A DNA stretch of 64,000 bases from Candidatus Poribacteria bacterium (GTDB lineage: Bacteria; Poribacteria; WGA-4E; WGA-3G), in assembly GCA_965202725.1 (NCBI GenBank), contig OZ241845.1, positions 665,437 through 729,436 of the forward strand. The letters run 5' to 3'. Within the stretch, counting starts at the first letter, position 1, and every line of letters starts with the position of its first letter. The notes below the pieces were generated by a model. The model was not told where the DNA came from and ran no database searches. It worked only from the letters and a program-made list of their open reading frames with translations. The position numbers were made by a program, and so were the translations under genes. Below are positions 48,958-58,491 of the stretch, piece after piece.

Positions 48958-49998
48958 GTGAAAGCTGCACAATTTTACGGCGGAAAAGACATCAGGGTTG
49001 AAACCGTACCAGACCCAGCCCCTGAGGAAGGACAAGTGCTGGTGCAGGTAGAAGCGGCGGGCATCTGTGGCAGCGATCTGCACGGATACCATCATCAACC
49101 GGAGAAACCTTTATCCCCCCGTATCGGCGGACATGAGTTGATGGGGGAAATTGTTGATATAGGTAGGGGGGTCAGAAACTATGACAAAGGGGCCCGCGTG
49201 GCAATTGAACCGATTAGTCCATGTAACGACTGCCCGGAATGCTATAATGGTAACTACAACATCTGTGGGAATTTGCGGCATGGCGGTGGCGGTTTTGCAG
49301 AATTTACGGTCGCACGGACACCAAATGTCTACGCCTTGCCAGAGAGCGTCTCGGCTGAAGGTGGTGCCCTGGCAGAGGTTTACGCCGTAGCGGTTCATGC
49401 CGTCAACAGAGCGATGGTGTCACCGGGGGATCGTGTTGCTATTATCGGTAGCGGCCCTGTGGGATTGACGATTGCGCAGGTGGCAGATGTCGCTGGCGCA
49501 ACTTCTATCGCTGTGATCGGAAAGCCGGATGGGCCGATACAGATCGCGCACGAAGCAGTAGGTGCCATGCCTATCCATGTGGATAAGACGGATGCTGTCG
49601 AGGCAGTTATGGACTGGAGCGCCGGCAGAGGCGCGGATGTTGTTTTTGAAGCCGTCGGAGGCACGGCGAATACGCTGGAACAGGCGACGGCGATTGCGTC
49701 AAAACGCGGTACAGTTTGTATGGTCGGTGGGCATCGTACACCACTCACCTTTACAGAACGATTCGCTCGGAGTCGAGAGCTTACGGTCGTCTGGTCGTTT
49801 TGCTATGGCAGGCGCGGCGGAAAGACGGAGTTCCAAGTGGCTATAGACCTACTCGCCACCGGTAAACTCGATCCGAACCCGTTGGTTACACATAGGTTTA
49901 ACTTGGACGATATTAACGCGGCATTCGCTGTCGCCGCAGGACGCGATGAACACGGGTCCGTTAAAGTGCTTGTGACACCCAACAATTACGGAAGGTAA
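48958..49998 (+). CDS. zinc-dependent medium-chain alcohol/polyol dehydrogenase (MDR family)
   Basis: GICGSDLH, GHE, C-x2-C-x2-C-x7-C structural zinc site (CNDCPECYNGNYNIC), and GSGPVGL Rossmann motif. GTG start 48958 with AGGAGG 5 nt upstream. The ORF is open from 48916. Confidence 0.8.
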   Translation: MKAAQFYGGKDIRVETVPDPAPEEGQVLVQVEAAGICGSDLHGYHHQPEKPLSPRIGGHELMGEIVDIGRGVRNYDKGARVAIEPISPCNDCPECYNGNYNICGNLRHGGGGFAEFTVARTPNVYALPESVSAEGGALAEVYAVAVHAVNRAMVSPGDRVAIIGSGPVGLTIAQVADVAGATSIAVIGKPDGPIQIAHEAVGAMPIHVDKTDAVEAVMDWSAGRGADVVFEAVGGTANTLEQATAIASKRGTVCMVGGHRTPLTFTERFARSRELTVVWSFCYGRRGGKTEFQVAIDLLATGKLDPNPLVTHRFNLDDINAAFAVAAGRDEHGSVKVLVTPNNYGR

Positions 49999-49999
49999 A

Positions 50000-50635
50000 A
50001 TGGAAAAACTCAAATTGCTCATATTTGTAGGAACAGAAGGCATCTACCACGACCATGCAGGAAACGGGCAGTTCTTGACAGCAATGATCAACGATACTGA
50101 CGATATTGCAGCGGATTTCTCGCAAGACTACGACGCACTTGCTGATGGACTTGGTGGATACAACACCGTGCTTTTTTACACCGATGTCGGGGAACTCACT
50201 ACAGCACAAAAACGGGGGTTGCTCAGTTATATCCGAACGGGAGGCGGCTTTTTCGGGCTGCACACTGCGGCGGCATCGTTTCGGGAATCTGAGGGGTATC
50301 ACAGTATGCTGAATGGATTTTTCGATGGACATAGCCCGTATATGAATTTCACGGTTAACGTGAGTGACAAGGAACATCCGATTACCGAAGGGTTAGGCGA
50401 CTTTGAGGTGACGGATGAACTGTACTATCTCAAGCACAATCCTGCTGTGTCGCATCATTTGATGCACGCTTATGACGAGACGAAAGATGAGACGCACGTT
50501 ATGGCGTTCCACCATACGTACGGCGAGGGACGGGTTTTCTATTTTGCACTCGGGCACGATATGGCTGTACTTGAAAATCCAAGTTTTCAGACGGTTATTC
50601 GCCGAGGCGCGCTATGGGTGGGGAATCGGCCTTAG
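50000..50635 (+). CDS. ThuA-family (trehalose utilisation-like) protein
   Basis: GGGFFGLHTAA, EHPITEG, DELYY, and YFALGH motifs. Confidence 0.7.
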   Translation: MEKLKLLIFVGTEGIYHDHAGNGQFLTAMINDTDDIAADFSQDYDALADGLGGYNTVLFYTDVGELTTAQKRGLLSYIRTGGGFFGLHTAAASFRESEGYHSMLNGFFDGHSPYMNFTVNVSDKEHPITEGLGDFEVTDELYYLKHNPAVSHHLMHAYDETKDETHVMAFHHTYGEGRVFYFALGHDMAVLENPSFQTVIRRGALWVGNRP

Positions 50636-50729
50636 GTGTTTTAGGCTAATGAAAGGGCTTCTCTCACACTCCCTTGCCTTTAGGCGGGGGCCATCCCCGT
50701 AACGCTCGTGCCGACGGCAAAAAAAAGCG

Positions 50730-50758
50730 TTGACAAAAGGGGGGGGGGCTGGTATAAT
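50730..50758 (+). promoter_or_regulatory. perfect-consensus sigma70 promoter TTGACA-17-TATAAT with a 10-G homopolymer in the spacer
   Basis: TTGACA at 50730-50735, spacer aaaaggggggggggctgg (17 nt), TATAAT at 50753-50758. Confidence 0.5.
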
Positions 50759-50767
50759 TATGGCTTC

Positions 50768-50812
50768 AGGTTGAGGCAAGCTTTGCGAACATAGCGTCTC
50801 TGCTATGTGCTT
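50768..50812 (+). mobile_element. nested imperfect palindrome resembling an IS200/IS605-family left-end subterminal hairpin
   Basis: gaggcaagc-tttgcga-acatagc-gtctct-gctatgt-gcttgcctc. Lies about 85 nt upstream of the tnpB-like remnant. Confidence 0.35.
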
Positions 50813-50897
50813 GCCTCCCACTCATCTGGGGATAAAACACTTGCTACTTGAGAGCCCATGATGAAAGACACATAAAATAGCCTTACGGCCCAACCGT

Positions 50898-51146
50898 GTG
50901 CAAATTGCGTGGTTTTATCAGCAATGCGGGTATGCGAGGTTCGCCTATAACGCTGCGTTGGCTGATTTTAAATCGGATATAAAGTTATCTATGTATGACT
51001 TAAACAAACGCTTTAATCAGAGGAAGCAAGCGTTTGATTGGACGAAAGTACAAGATCAACGTGCTGCGATGTATGCAGTGCATCATCTGGGGCGTGCGAT
51101 AGACAACTGGCAAGCGAAGCATGCGAAGTTTCCGAAGTTCAAGTGA
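50898..51146 (+). pseudogene. tnpB: N-terminal fragment (about 80 aa) of an IS200/IS605-family TnpB (OrfB) gene, truncated
   Basis: QQCGYARFAYNAALADF ... MYDLNKRFNQRK ... AIDNWQAKHAKFPKFK matches the conserved TnpB N-terminal region (C..RFVYN..L ... FPKFK). The ORF stops after 82 aa. No RuvC or Zn-finger part is present. Confidence 0.5.
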
Positions 51147-51342
51147 GAGTTGCAGTTTTTGCATTTATATCGCTGTTTATCGATGGTGAACCCATTTTTT
51201 TCTTGACGAATTTCCAGAAAAGTGTTAGTACTGTGACGATAATCAAACAAAGATGTGATAAGAGGGAGATGAGGGAACCCTATCACATCAATTTACCGAA
51301 AACCCTCCTTTTTTTACACTGATAAGAAAAAAGGAAATGTGA

Positions 51343-52179
51343 ATGAATAAAAAAGTTTTGTCTAATGGGAAAACGCTCTCGGCGCATATAACGACCCCGA
51401 AAGATAATCGTGAAATGGTGCTCATCCCCGCCGGTGAGTTTGAGATGGGTAGCAACGATCCGGAAGCTTTTAGGGATGAAAAGCCTGTCCACACTGTGTT
51501 TGTGGATGCATTTTACATGGATACCCATGAGGTGACGAATGCGGCTTACCAAAGATTTGTGTTGGCGAATCCAGAGTGGCAGGAGGATCGTATTGATAGG
51601 AAATACCATAATGGAAATTACCTAAGACTTTGGGATGGAACCACCTATCCTGAAGGTAAAGGGGATCATCCTGTAGTGTATGTATCGTGGTATGCTGCGA
51701 TGGCGTATGCGCAGTGGGCAGGCAAACGTTTGCCTTCTGAGGCGGAGTGGGAGAAAGCTGCGCGTGGTGGGTTGGTAGGTATGAAGTATGCGTGGGGTAA
51801 TGAGATCTCATCGGCTGATGCGAACTACGATGAGAATGTAGGGGATACGACGGTCGTAGGTGCCTACGCTGCGAATGGTTATGGTTTATACGATATGTCG
51901 GGTAATGTGTGGGAGTGGTGTTTGGATGCGTGGGATGAGGATTTCTATTCTCGTTCTCCTGGTCGCAATCCGCTCAGTGGTGTGAATAGTATGTCGATGG
52001 CGGATGTAGGCTTAATATTAGATGACTACTTACTTGTTAAGTCATCTCGTGTCTTGCGGGGCGGCTCCTGGTTCAATAATACACGGAACGTTCGGGTCGC
52101 TAATCGCCGCCTCTATAGGCCGGCGGGTACGACCGACATCGACGGTTTTCGTTGCGCGAGGGCTGCTGTAACTCCTTAA
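51343..52179 (+). CDS. formylglycine-generating enzyme (FGE/SUMF1) family protein
   Basis: MVLIPAGEFEMGS, HPVVYVSWYAAMAYAQWAGKRLPSEAEWEKAARGG, GNVWEWC, RVLRGGSW, and GFRCAR motifs. Confidence 0.85.
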   Translation: MNKKVLSNGKTLSAHITTPKDNREMVLIPAGEFEMGSNDPEAFRDEKPVHTVFVDAFYMDTHEVTNAAYQRFVLANPEWQEDRIDRKYHNGNYLRLWDGTTYPEGKGDHPVVYVSWYAAMAYAQWAGKRLPSEAEWEKAARGGLVGMKYAWGNEISSADANYDENVGDTTVVGAYAANGYGLYDMSGNVWEWCLDAWDEDFYSRSPGRNPLSGVNSMSMADVGLILDDYLLVKSSRVLRGGSWFNNTRNVRVANRRLYRPAGTTDIDGFRCARAAVTP

Positions 52180-52569
52180 CACTTAACAACTTAACCCCTT
52201 ATACCCCCACATCTGCAACGCAGACTAGGTCTGATTAATACTTAACTGGTAATTAATTTGAGGGTTTCAGAAACCAAATAATGTTTTCGCTAAATTTTTG
52301 GAGCACGCGTACGGGTTGGATAACCCAACCCGTACTACGGTTGGCCCCAAGTTTTCAATTACAAAAGAGCAGTATATCATCACTTAAACGAAAACCCTCA
52401 AATCTCCATCGATCAAACAAGTTAATCAAGCATTACCTCCCCAATTTAAAACCAATCGACTTTTTAAACAATCTGATCTTGCATCAGATATCGCGACTCG
52501 AGTTAAGCAGAAATTACCGGAGTTAGTCGTCAGTTTGTACCACAAGGGAAAACATCCTTATGTAAAGAT

Positions 52570-52911
52570 ATGCTGATCCGTTGGGTTAAAGAGGGGCGGC
52601 AGCCGGGGTTAAGCCTTATTGTTGCTACCCAACAACCCTCTGCAATTGATTCTGAATTGCTTTCGCAGTGTGACCTAATCATGGCACATAAAATTACAAC
52701 TTGGGATGATATCCATGCACTTGATCGGTTGAGTGCGACCTACATAGAAGGCGACTTGAAAGCATACATCCGACAACTTAACCGCCGGGGTGAGGTACTG
52801 CTTATTGATGGCGAAACCGAGACTGTCTGTACAATCCGAGTTAGACCGAGACGCAGTACCCACGGAGGTGCTGAAATCCAAGAGACAACAGCGAGACGTT
52901 CTTTTTTCTAA
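52570..52911 (+). pseudogene. C-terminal fragment of a HerA/FtsK-like (DUF87-type) ATPase
   Basis: GLSLIVATQQPSAIDSELLSQCDLIMAHKIT resembles the conserved C-terminal block of HerA-like ATPases (LATQRP..ID..VLSQ..T.I..R). No upstream coding continuation. No Walker A present. Confidence 0.4.
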
Positions 52912-52918
52912 CCTATTG

Positions 52919-52945
52919 CACAACCTAACAGGTTATGCTACAAAA
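52919..52945. repeat. single copy of the dispersed repeat (CACAACCTAACAGGTTATGCTACAAAA)
   Basis: Identical to the core of the 30842/30916 copies. Confidence 0.6.
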
Positions 52946-52962
52946 CCGTTACCAACTCACGT

Positions 52963-54291
52963 TCACACCATTTCGCGTGCCGGATAGTGTTTATCACCGG
53001 GTGATATATCCGTTGGATCGTTTGATACAGCAGCTGCAGGTGGTTCCATAATCTGGTTTTCACGCACTGGATCGTCCGTCTCAACACGCCACTGCTCCAA
53101 ACGGCTTCGCATCTCCGCCAAAATACCGGCATAATCCGGGTGCTCGGCGAGGTTGTTTGCTTCCGATGGATCAAACACAACATCGTACAACCGTTCCGAT
53201 TCAACAGGAGCATCGCCCCAACCGTGCTCCATCATAAAGGTCTTGCTAATACTGTCGTCGCAGTTCGGGAGTGCCCACTTCTCAGCGTTGTCGTAACGTC
53301 GGATGTATTTCCAGCGGTTGGTTCGGATGGCGCGTTGCGGTTCATAACAGCAGTGGTAGTTGACTTCAGCAAAAATAGCGTCTCGGATATCGTCTGTTTC
53401 CCCATTCACTAAGGGAAGCATGGAATCACCTTGTAGCCACGCAGGGGCTTCAATGCCCGTCAACTCACAGATCGTCGGGAAAAGATCGATGTGACTGACT
53501 AATCCATCCACAACCTGCCCCCCATCAAACCCCCCCGGACCGCGAACGATTAACATTATACCGATACCGTGATCGCTGAGGTGGCACTTCATCCGCGGGA
53601 ATGCGAGTCCGTGATCAGTCGTACAGATGACAAGCGTGTTTTCAGCAAGTCTATTTTCTTCGAGTGCCTCAAAAACGACCGCCATTTTTTTATCAAGCGT
53701 CCGGGCTGCGTCTATATATTCCGCCATATCTTGCCGTGTTACGGGAGTATCCGGGAACGGAGCCGGCGGTTTCACGTAGCGTGGGTCGGTTTTCGGTTCA
53801 CCCTCAGGTGGCGGATCAAAACCTTTTGCGCGCCGATGTGTTTCTCCGAACCCAACATCTAAAAAGAAAGGAGCATCGTGTTGCTCTGCAATGAAAGCGC
53901 GCGCGCGTTCTTCTGCCCCTGCGCGCGGAGTGGCTTCGGATAAGAGGCGCTGGTACCCTGTCATTTTGAGATCTCGGACGACATGTTGGAATCCTGCCAA
54001 GGCAGTGGTATAGCCTGCTTGATTTAAGGTGTAGGTGATAAGATGCTCCGGGACCGGGAGGCTCCAGCCGCGGTTGGCCAGTCCCCCCATGCCACAGCTA
54101 TGTGCGTATTGTCCGGTGAGGAGCGCGGCGCGAGATGGCGAACAAGTGGGGTTCGCACAAAAGGCGTTTCTGAAGACAACGCCTTCTTCGGCGAGCTTTT
54201 GTATGTTGGGTGTCGGAACCGCATGTCCATAAGGTTGGACATACCGACCTGTATCATGAGAGTGAATATAAACTATGTTTGGCTTACTCAT
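52963..54291 (-). CDS. sulfatase (canonical FGly motif)
   Basis: IVYIHSHDTG, and CSPSRAALLTGQY (C-x-P-S-R plus LTG). Confidence 0.85.
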   Translation of the reverse strand: MSKPNIVYIHSHDTGRYVQPYGHAVPTPNIQKLAEEGVVFRNAFCANPTCSPSRAALLTGQYAHSCGMGGLANRGWSLPVPEHLITYTLNQAGYTTALAGFQHVVRDLKMTGYQRLLSEATPRAGAEERARAFIAEQHDAPFFLDVGFGETHRRAKGFDPPPEGEPKTDPRYVKPPAPFPDTPVTRQDMAEYIDAARTLDKKMAVVFEALEENRLAENTLVICTTDHGLAFPRMKCHLSDHGIGIMLIVRGPGGFDGGQVVDGLVSHIDLFPTICELTGIEAPAWLQGDSMLPLVNGETDDIRDAIFAEVNYHCCYEPQRAIRTNRWKYIRRYDNAEKWALPNCDDSISKTFMMEHGWGDAPVESERLYDVVFDPSEANNLAEHPDYAGILAEMRSRLEQWRVETDDPVRENQIMEPPAAAVSNDPTDISPGDKHYPAREMV

Positions 54292-54339
54292 ATTTTGAAG
54301 ATTTTCGTTTCAGTGATGGGACGATGCTCGCTTGTCATT

Positions 54340-54402
54340 GAGCACTTAGGTCGATCGTATGAGCTGGGTTCCCCACCCCATAGGTGTGTCTCAAAAATTG
54401 GC
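54340..54402 (+). repeat. ~60-nt conserved intergenic element, copy 1 (CGTATGAGCTGGGTTCCCCACCCCATAGG..GTCTCAAAAATTGGCGAAAACAT)
   Basis: About 80% identical to the element at 56128-56182. Confidence 0.5.
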
Positions 54403-55318
54403 GAAAACATTCTTTCCCCGAAGACCCTCCATATTTTTCAATTTTCAGTTTAAACACCCATGGTGCGAGGCGCTTATGGAAGAGGTTGATAGCCGCGTCA
54501 ATAACCTGGATGAACACGTCTAATTTTTAAAGTGGCAAGTTTTACCACTATGAGGTTTCAGAATTTCGTGGAGTGGCTATCCTTCAACAGCCGGACGCAT
54601 CTCCTTCGGTCTCAAAACATCAATCACTAATGAGACATATTATACACTCATCACTTATTTTTTTATGCTTGAAAAAGTGTATCTTTTTCTATTCTAACCG
54701 ACCTGTAGCACTTCCACGCAGCAGAGTCTACCCACTGCCACTCATGTCCGTTCAGTGTCGCAGAAAATAAATAAAATGTCAAGCTTTTTCAAGGCTATTC
54801 CGTTTTCATGAGTTCGTCGAAACCGATTTACTCTCTGGCACCTTGCAAGCTGGAGGCGGCCTTGGATACCCAACGGCCCTACAAAAAGCCCCGCAACGCA
54901 TTTCAAACCCACGGATACCCGTCCGAAACGGGTCCCTGAGACGCAGCGCAGCAGAACAAAGGGAGGAACCCTTCAAAAACGCAGTTTTGCAGTCGTGGGC
55001 GAGTGTGATTTTTCACTGGACATATTTTTGTGTTTTTTTTATGATAAAGCTCTGTTGGTTATAGCCTTCGTAGGCGCGTTCTTTCTCACTATAGAGCCTA
55101 TAGAAGAAGCCCGCATGACCCGTTCACACATGTTGGGAGATAATACACGAATACTACAGTAACGCGGAGTAGAAAGTCGTTACAAAGTTGAAACCTATTT
55201 TCCACTTGCGCTCGGGTAGTTGCCGGTATAAAGGATATTTCTTTTTCTGTTTTTCTGCACTATAATTCTAAAAATGCCCAAACTTTAGTACACTATCAAA
55301 AACGGAGGAAATGTAGAG

Positions 55319-55501
55319 ATGTCTGATCAATTTTCCATAGACCTTTTCCAGAAGCAGCTTAGGTCTTATGCCCTAAAATGGTGTATAGCCTTGGTCTTTT
55401 TAATTGGGTGTGCCTTCATTTTTGGGACGCAGAGTGCGTTATTCTGGCGCATAATCGCCATTGGCGATATTCTTTACGTATTCTTTTGTCTCTCGATGTG
55501 A
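55319..55501 (+). CDS. small hydrophobic protein (60 aa, 2 predicted TM)
   Basis: GGAGGA RBS 9 nt upstream of the ATG. Two hydrophobic segments. Confidence 0.3.
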   Translation: MSDQFSIDLFQKQLRSYALKWCIALVFLIGCAFIFGTQSALFWRIIAIGDILYVFFCLSM

Positions 55502-55569
55502 ATGTTAGCGGGCGATAGGTGTAAACGCGCTTCCCAAAAATTCGTTATATTTTATATAACAGGAATTGG

Positions 55570-55962
55570 GTGAGGAAGCAAGGAAATAAATATATGTACC
55601 CTATGAAGATTGTTGATCGCAAAGCAAAACATAAGGCAAACAAGCAAGGTTACTGCCGAAAGAGCCCGCGCTTCGTCGTTGTCATGGTTGTTGTTTTAAG
55701 TTGCTTTTACGTGCAGCGGGCAACAGCTCAGAAAATACTCATGGAAACCGGGTTCGAGGACCTTGTACAAGCCCCTGAGGAGAGACCATTTCAGCCGTCC
55801 CTGGAAATTGTTAAAAATAGAAAAAATCACTCGAAATTTTCTACGAGGCGGATCATCAAGTTAACATATCCGGGCACGGTTTGGAAGCTAATGCATCTGT
55901 CGTCTCACTTGAATGCTGGGTTTATATTGAGAGCGGCGAACAGTCTTTTTTTGCCTTCTTGA
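55570..55962 (+). CDS. hypothetical small secreted protein
   Basis: Internal signal-peptide-like segment RFVVVMVVVLSCFYVQRATAQ. The start is uncertain. Confidence 0.25.
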   Translation: MRKQGNKYMYPMKIVDRKAKHKANKQGYCRKSPRFVVVMVVVLSCFYVQRATAQKILMETGFEDLVQAPEERPFQPSLEIVKNRKNHSKFSTRRIIKLTYPGTVWKLMHLSSHLNAGFILRAANSLFLPS

Positions 55963-56127
55963 TGCTATTCCGAGTTATCTCTGTATGACCTCAACTACAC
56001 TCAAGCCTGCCGTAATATTTGACATAAAGTCGTTCATCTGTTACAATGCTCTTTACCAGAAAAAATCGAGAGTTTTCGTTTAGGTCATGAGATGATGCCG
56101 CCGGGCAGTTAAGAGCTTAGGCAATCG

Positions 56128-56182
56128 TATGGGGTGGGTACCCCGCCCATACGCATGTCTCAAAAATGGGGCGAAAACATGA
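56128..56182 (+). repeat. ~60-nt conserved intergenic element, copy 2, 45 nt upstream of the first Omp85-like gene
   Basis: CGTATGGGGTGGGTACCCCGCCCATACGCATGTCTCAAAAATGGGGCGAAAACAT. Contains a GGGTACCC palindrome. Confidence 0.5.
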
Positions 56183-56225
56183 TTTTAACGAAAACCCTCA
56201 AAAAAGCGATTGATAGGAGTCCCCG

Positions 56226-58472
56226 GTGAAAGAGAATATATTCGTTTTACTTCTACTGCTTTTAACCTCGTTTCCACCAGCGACTGCTGAGTCACCAAAT
56301 GGAAAAATCCCTTTTGATTGCCCTGATGTCCCAAATCCCAAATTCCAATTCCATTTCCCCCGCGAACTCATCTCACTTGCCGGTACGACATTCCCCTTTA
56401 ATACCGTAGAAAGCATTTATATCCATATTTACGACAACGAAGCAGATACCTTTCGCAAACTCGTTCAGTATTACACTGAAAACTTGAAAGCAGAAAACTG
56501 GCACAACTCGTATGAAGACAGCACAAAGCATCTCTATACATTGGAATCTACGCCTGTCGAAAATCAACAAGTAGGGAACACAGTTTTGGGTATCTTTGCG
56601 GTCGTCCAAAGCAACGGTGATGTACATCTCCTGAACATTGTTGGCAATATTCCATCGAGACAGGTACGGAAACTCTTGACGAACCTTGGAGAACTCGGTA
56701 TCTATATTCCTAAGTTAGCATCGGTTGGCGAACTGTCATTTCTGACATCCAAGGAGATAGTAGGATCCATGCCGCTGCCAACGTTGTTTCGGATAAGTAA
56801 AGATTCAGCAGTTACCAACCAAACTGACGGTGCCTTTCTTCCTGCTTCCTTTGAAGAGAATCAACACGGACATTGGACCTATCGTGGGTATCCAATAGAG
56901 CGCATTCAAATTCTATCAAGCGATATAAAACAGGTTGCTGCAGTAAGCGATAGATTGAAAAATGGAGCAAGAGACATCACCGAGTTACTGGATAGCCTGT
57001 CGTCAAACAATGACTCCAAGCACACACCGAGGTTCATCGTGCTGCCAGCGGAAAAAACGATTACAATTCGGGCGGGCCGCATGATAGATGAAACGCAGCC
57101 CACTACACTCGTAAAATCGTTTCAGACACAGGCCGGATACCCGATCCATGAGATTGTAATTCGAGGGCACCAGTACACCGAAGCAAATACGATTCGGACA
57201 GCACTTGAAAAGGGGCCTGTAGAAATTGAGGCGGTGGTTGACGCACTCCCCGACACAGTGCAAGCTTTTGAAAAGGTGTCCCTCTCAATTGAAGAGATAG
57301 ATTCCCGACGGACGGCGATAATTACGGTGGTAGAGAACCCCCCCGCCTTGCAATTTTATATAGAAGGGGCACCGCACCTTGGATTCAACCGCGTTACGGG
57401 ATGGGAACTTGGCGCAGGCATTGAATCCAGTTTTCGGGCACAGAAAAAACACGACTTAGCCTTTACATTCGGTTTTTCTTCTGAAGCTGCTCAAGAGGAG
57501 AACTCGAAACTCTTCGGACGAATTGGTTATGGATTCAGCGACAAACGCCCCTACTATCAGATTGGTGGCAGAGCCGTTTGGGAAGAACCGTATTCATGGC
57601 ATCTCGGGGTGAACGCCCAATACCATCGTGGAATCGGCATTATCGCCCCCGATCTTTTTTCGCACTCCAACGATACAGCGACGTTACTTCTCCGAATTTT
57701 TGGCGTGCCGGATCATCAGGATTACTACTTGAGACACGGAGTTGAAGTCGAATTGGAATGGAAAGCCGTTTTCCCGAGGCGTCCACACCATTTTCTGAGA
57801 CCTAATCGTTCGTTTAAGTTGATTTTACGTGCTGAGGCACAGGACAGCTTGAAAAAAAACACAGATTGGCATCTTTTCAACTGGGGTTCAAAAGCAGAGG
57901 TACGCGAAAATCCAATTATAACGCAGGGTCAAATGCAGAGTGCGATGTTCAGATACGAGTTTGATACTCGCAATAATTATCTCGGTTCACACCATACTTT
58001 TCTCGTTGAGCATAGCAATCCAGCGTTCGGTTCCGATTTTAATTGGACGCGTTTTCAAGCGCACCTTCGGTATGCCTATCCCATCAGGGCCCATCAAATC
58101 CGAGCCCGAGCAGTCGTCGGTTCCTCAACAGCACCGCTCCCGATTCAGCGACAATTTGTGATCGGCGGCATTGGAACGCTTAACGGTTACCCCCTCTACG
58201 CTTTTGCAGGTGATGCCGGATTGCTTTTTAACACAGAGTTTATCTATAAGTTGTTCAGTTTCGGAAATCAGAGTCTCTCCGCCGCGTTGATCTTTGATGG
58301 CGGACAGGTCTGGAACCTCTCTGACAATCAAAGACGTTTCGATCCAAAAGGGAGTGTCGGTCTCGGCTTACAGTTTGAGACAGATGTTGATATTTTCCGG
58401 TTCAATGTCGCGAAAGCACTCGAGGCTGAGCAAAGGATTCAATACAATTTCATGTTCTTCTACAGTTTTTAG
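56226..58472 (+). CDS. Omp85-family (BamA/TamA/TpsB-like) outer-membrane beta-barrel protein with POTRA-like repeats and a unique ~170-aa N-terminal domain (copy 1)
   Basis: Signal peptide. POTRA-like IHEIVIRGHQYTEANTIRTALEKG. Barrel motifs RQFVIGGIGTLNGYPLYAFAGDAGLLFNTEFIYKL (Omp85 GG..RGY-like). C-terminal ...MFFYSF. GTG start with AGGAGT RBS. Confidence 0.6.
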   Translation: MKENIFVLLLLLLTSFPPATAESPNGKIPFDCPDVPNPKFQFHFPRELISLAGTTFPFNTVESIYIHIYDNEADTFRKLVQYYTENLKAENWHNSYEDSTKHLYTLESTPVENQQVGNTVLGIFAVVQSNGDVHLLNIVGNIPSRQVRKLLTNLGELGIYIPKLASVGELSFLTSKEIVGSMPLPTLFRISKDSAVTNQTDGAFLPASFEENQHGHWTYRGYPIERIQILSSDIKQVAAVSDRLKNGARDITELLDSLSSNNDSKHTPRFIVLPAEKTITIRAGRMIDETQPTTLVKSFQTQAGYPIHEIVIRGHQYTEANTIRTALEKGPVEIEAVVDALPDTVQAFEKVSLSIEEIDSRRTAIITVVENPPALQFYIEGAPHLGFNRVTGWELGAGIESSFRAQKKHDLAFTFGFSSEAAQEENSKLFGRIGYGFSDKRPYYQIGGRAVWEEPYSWHLGVNAQYHRGIGIIAPDLFSHSNDTATLLLRIFGVPDHQDYYLRHGVEVELEWKAVFPRRPHHFLRPNRSFKLILRAEAQDSLKKNTDWHLFNWGSKAEVRENPIITQGQMQSAMFRYEFDTRNNYLGSHHTFLVEHSNPAFGSDFNWTRFQAHLRYAYPIRAHQIRARAVVGSSTAPLPIQRQFVIGGIGTLNGYPLYAFAGDAGLLFNTEFIYKLFSFGNQSLSAALIFDGGQVWNLSDNQRRFDPKGSVGLGLQFETDVDIFRFNVAKALEAEQRIQYNFMFFYSF

Positions 58473-58491
58473 CTGATGAAAGAGATATGCA

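Noticed and set aside
51146-51342. Continuation of tnpB in another frame (frameshifted full-length gene)
   Set aside because: The about 200 nt between the TnpB fragment and the FGE gene is too short for the roughly 300 missing residues, and no RuvC-like or zinc-ribbon motifs were seen in any frame. The element is truncated rather than frameshifted.
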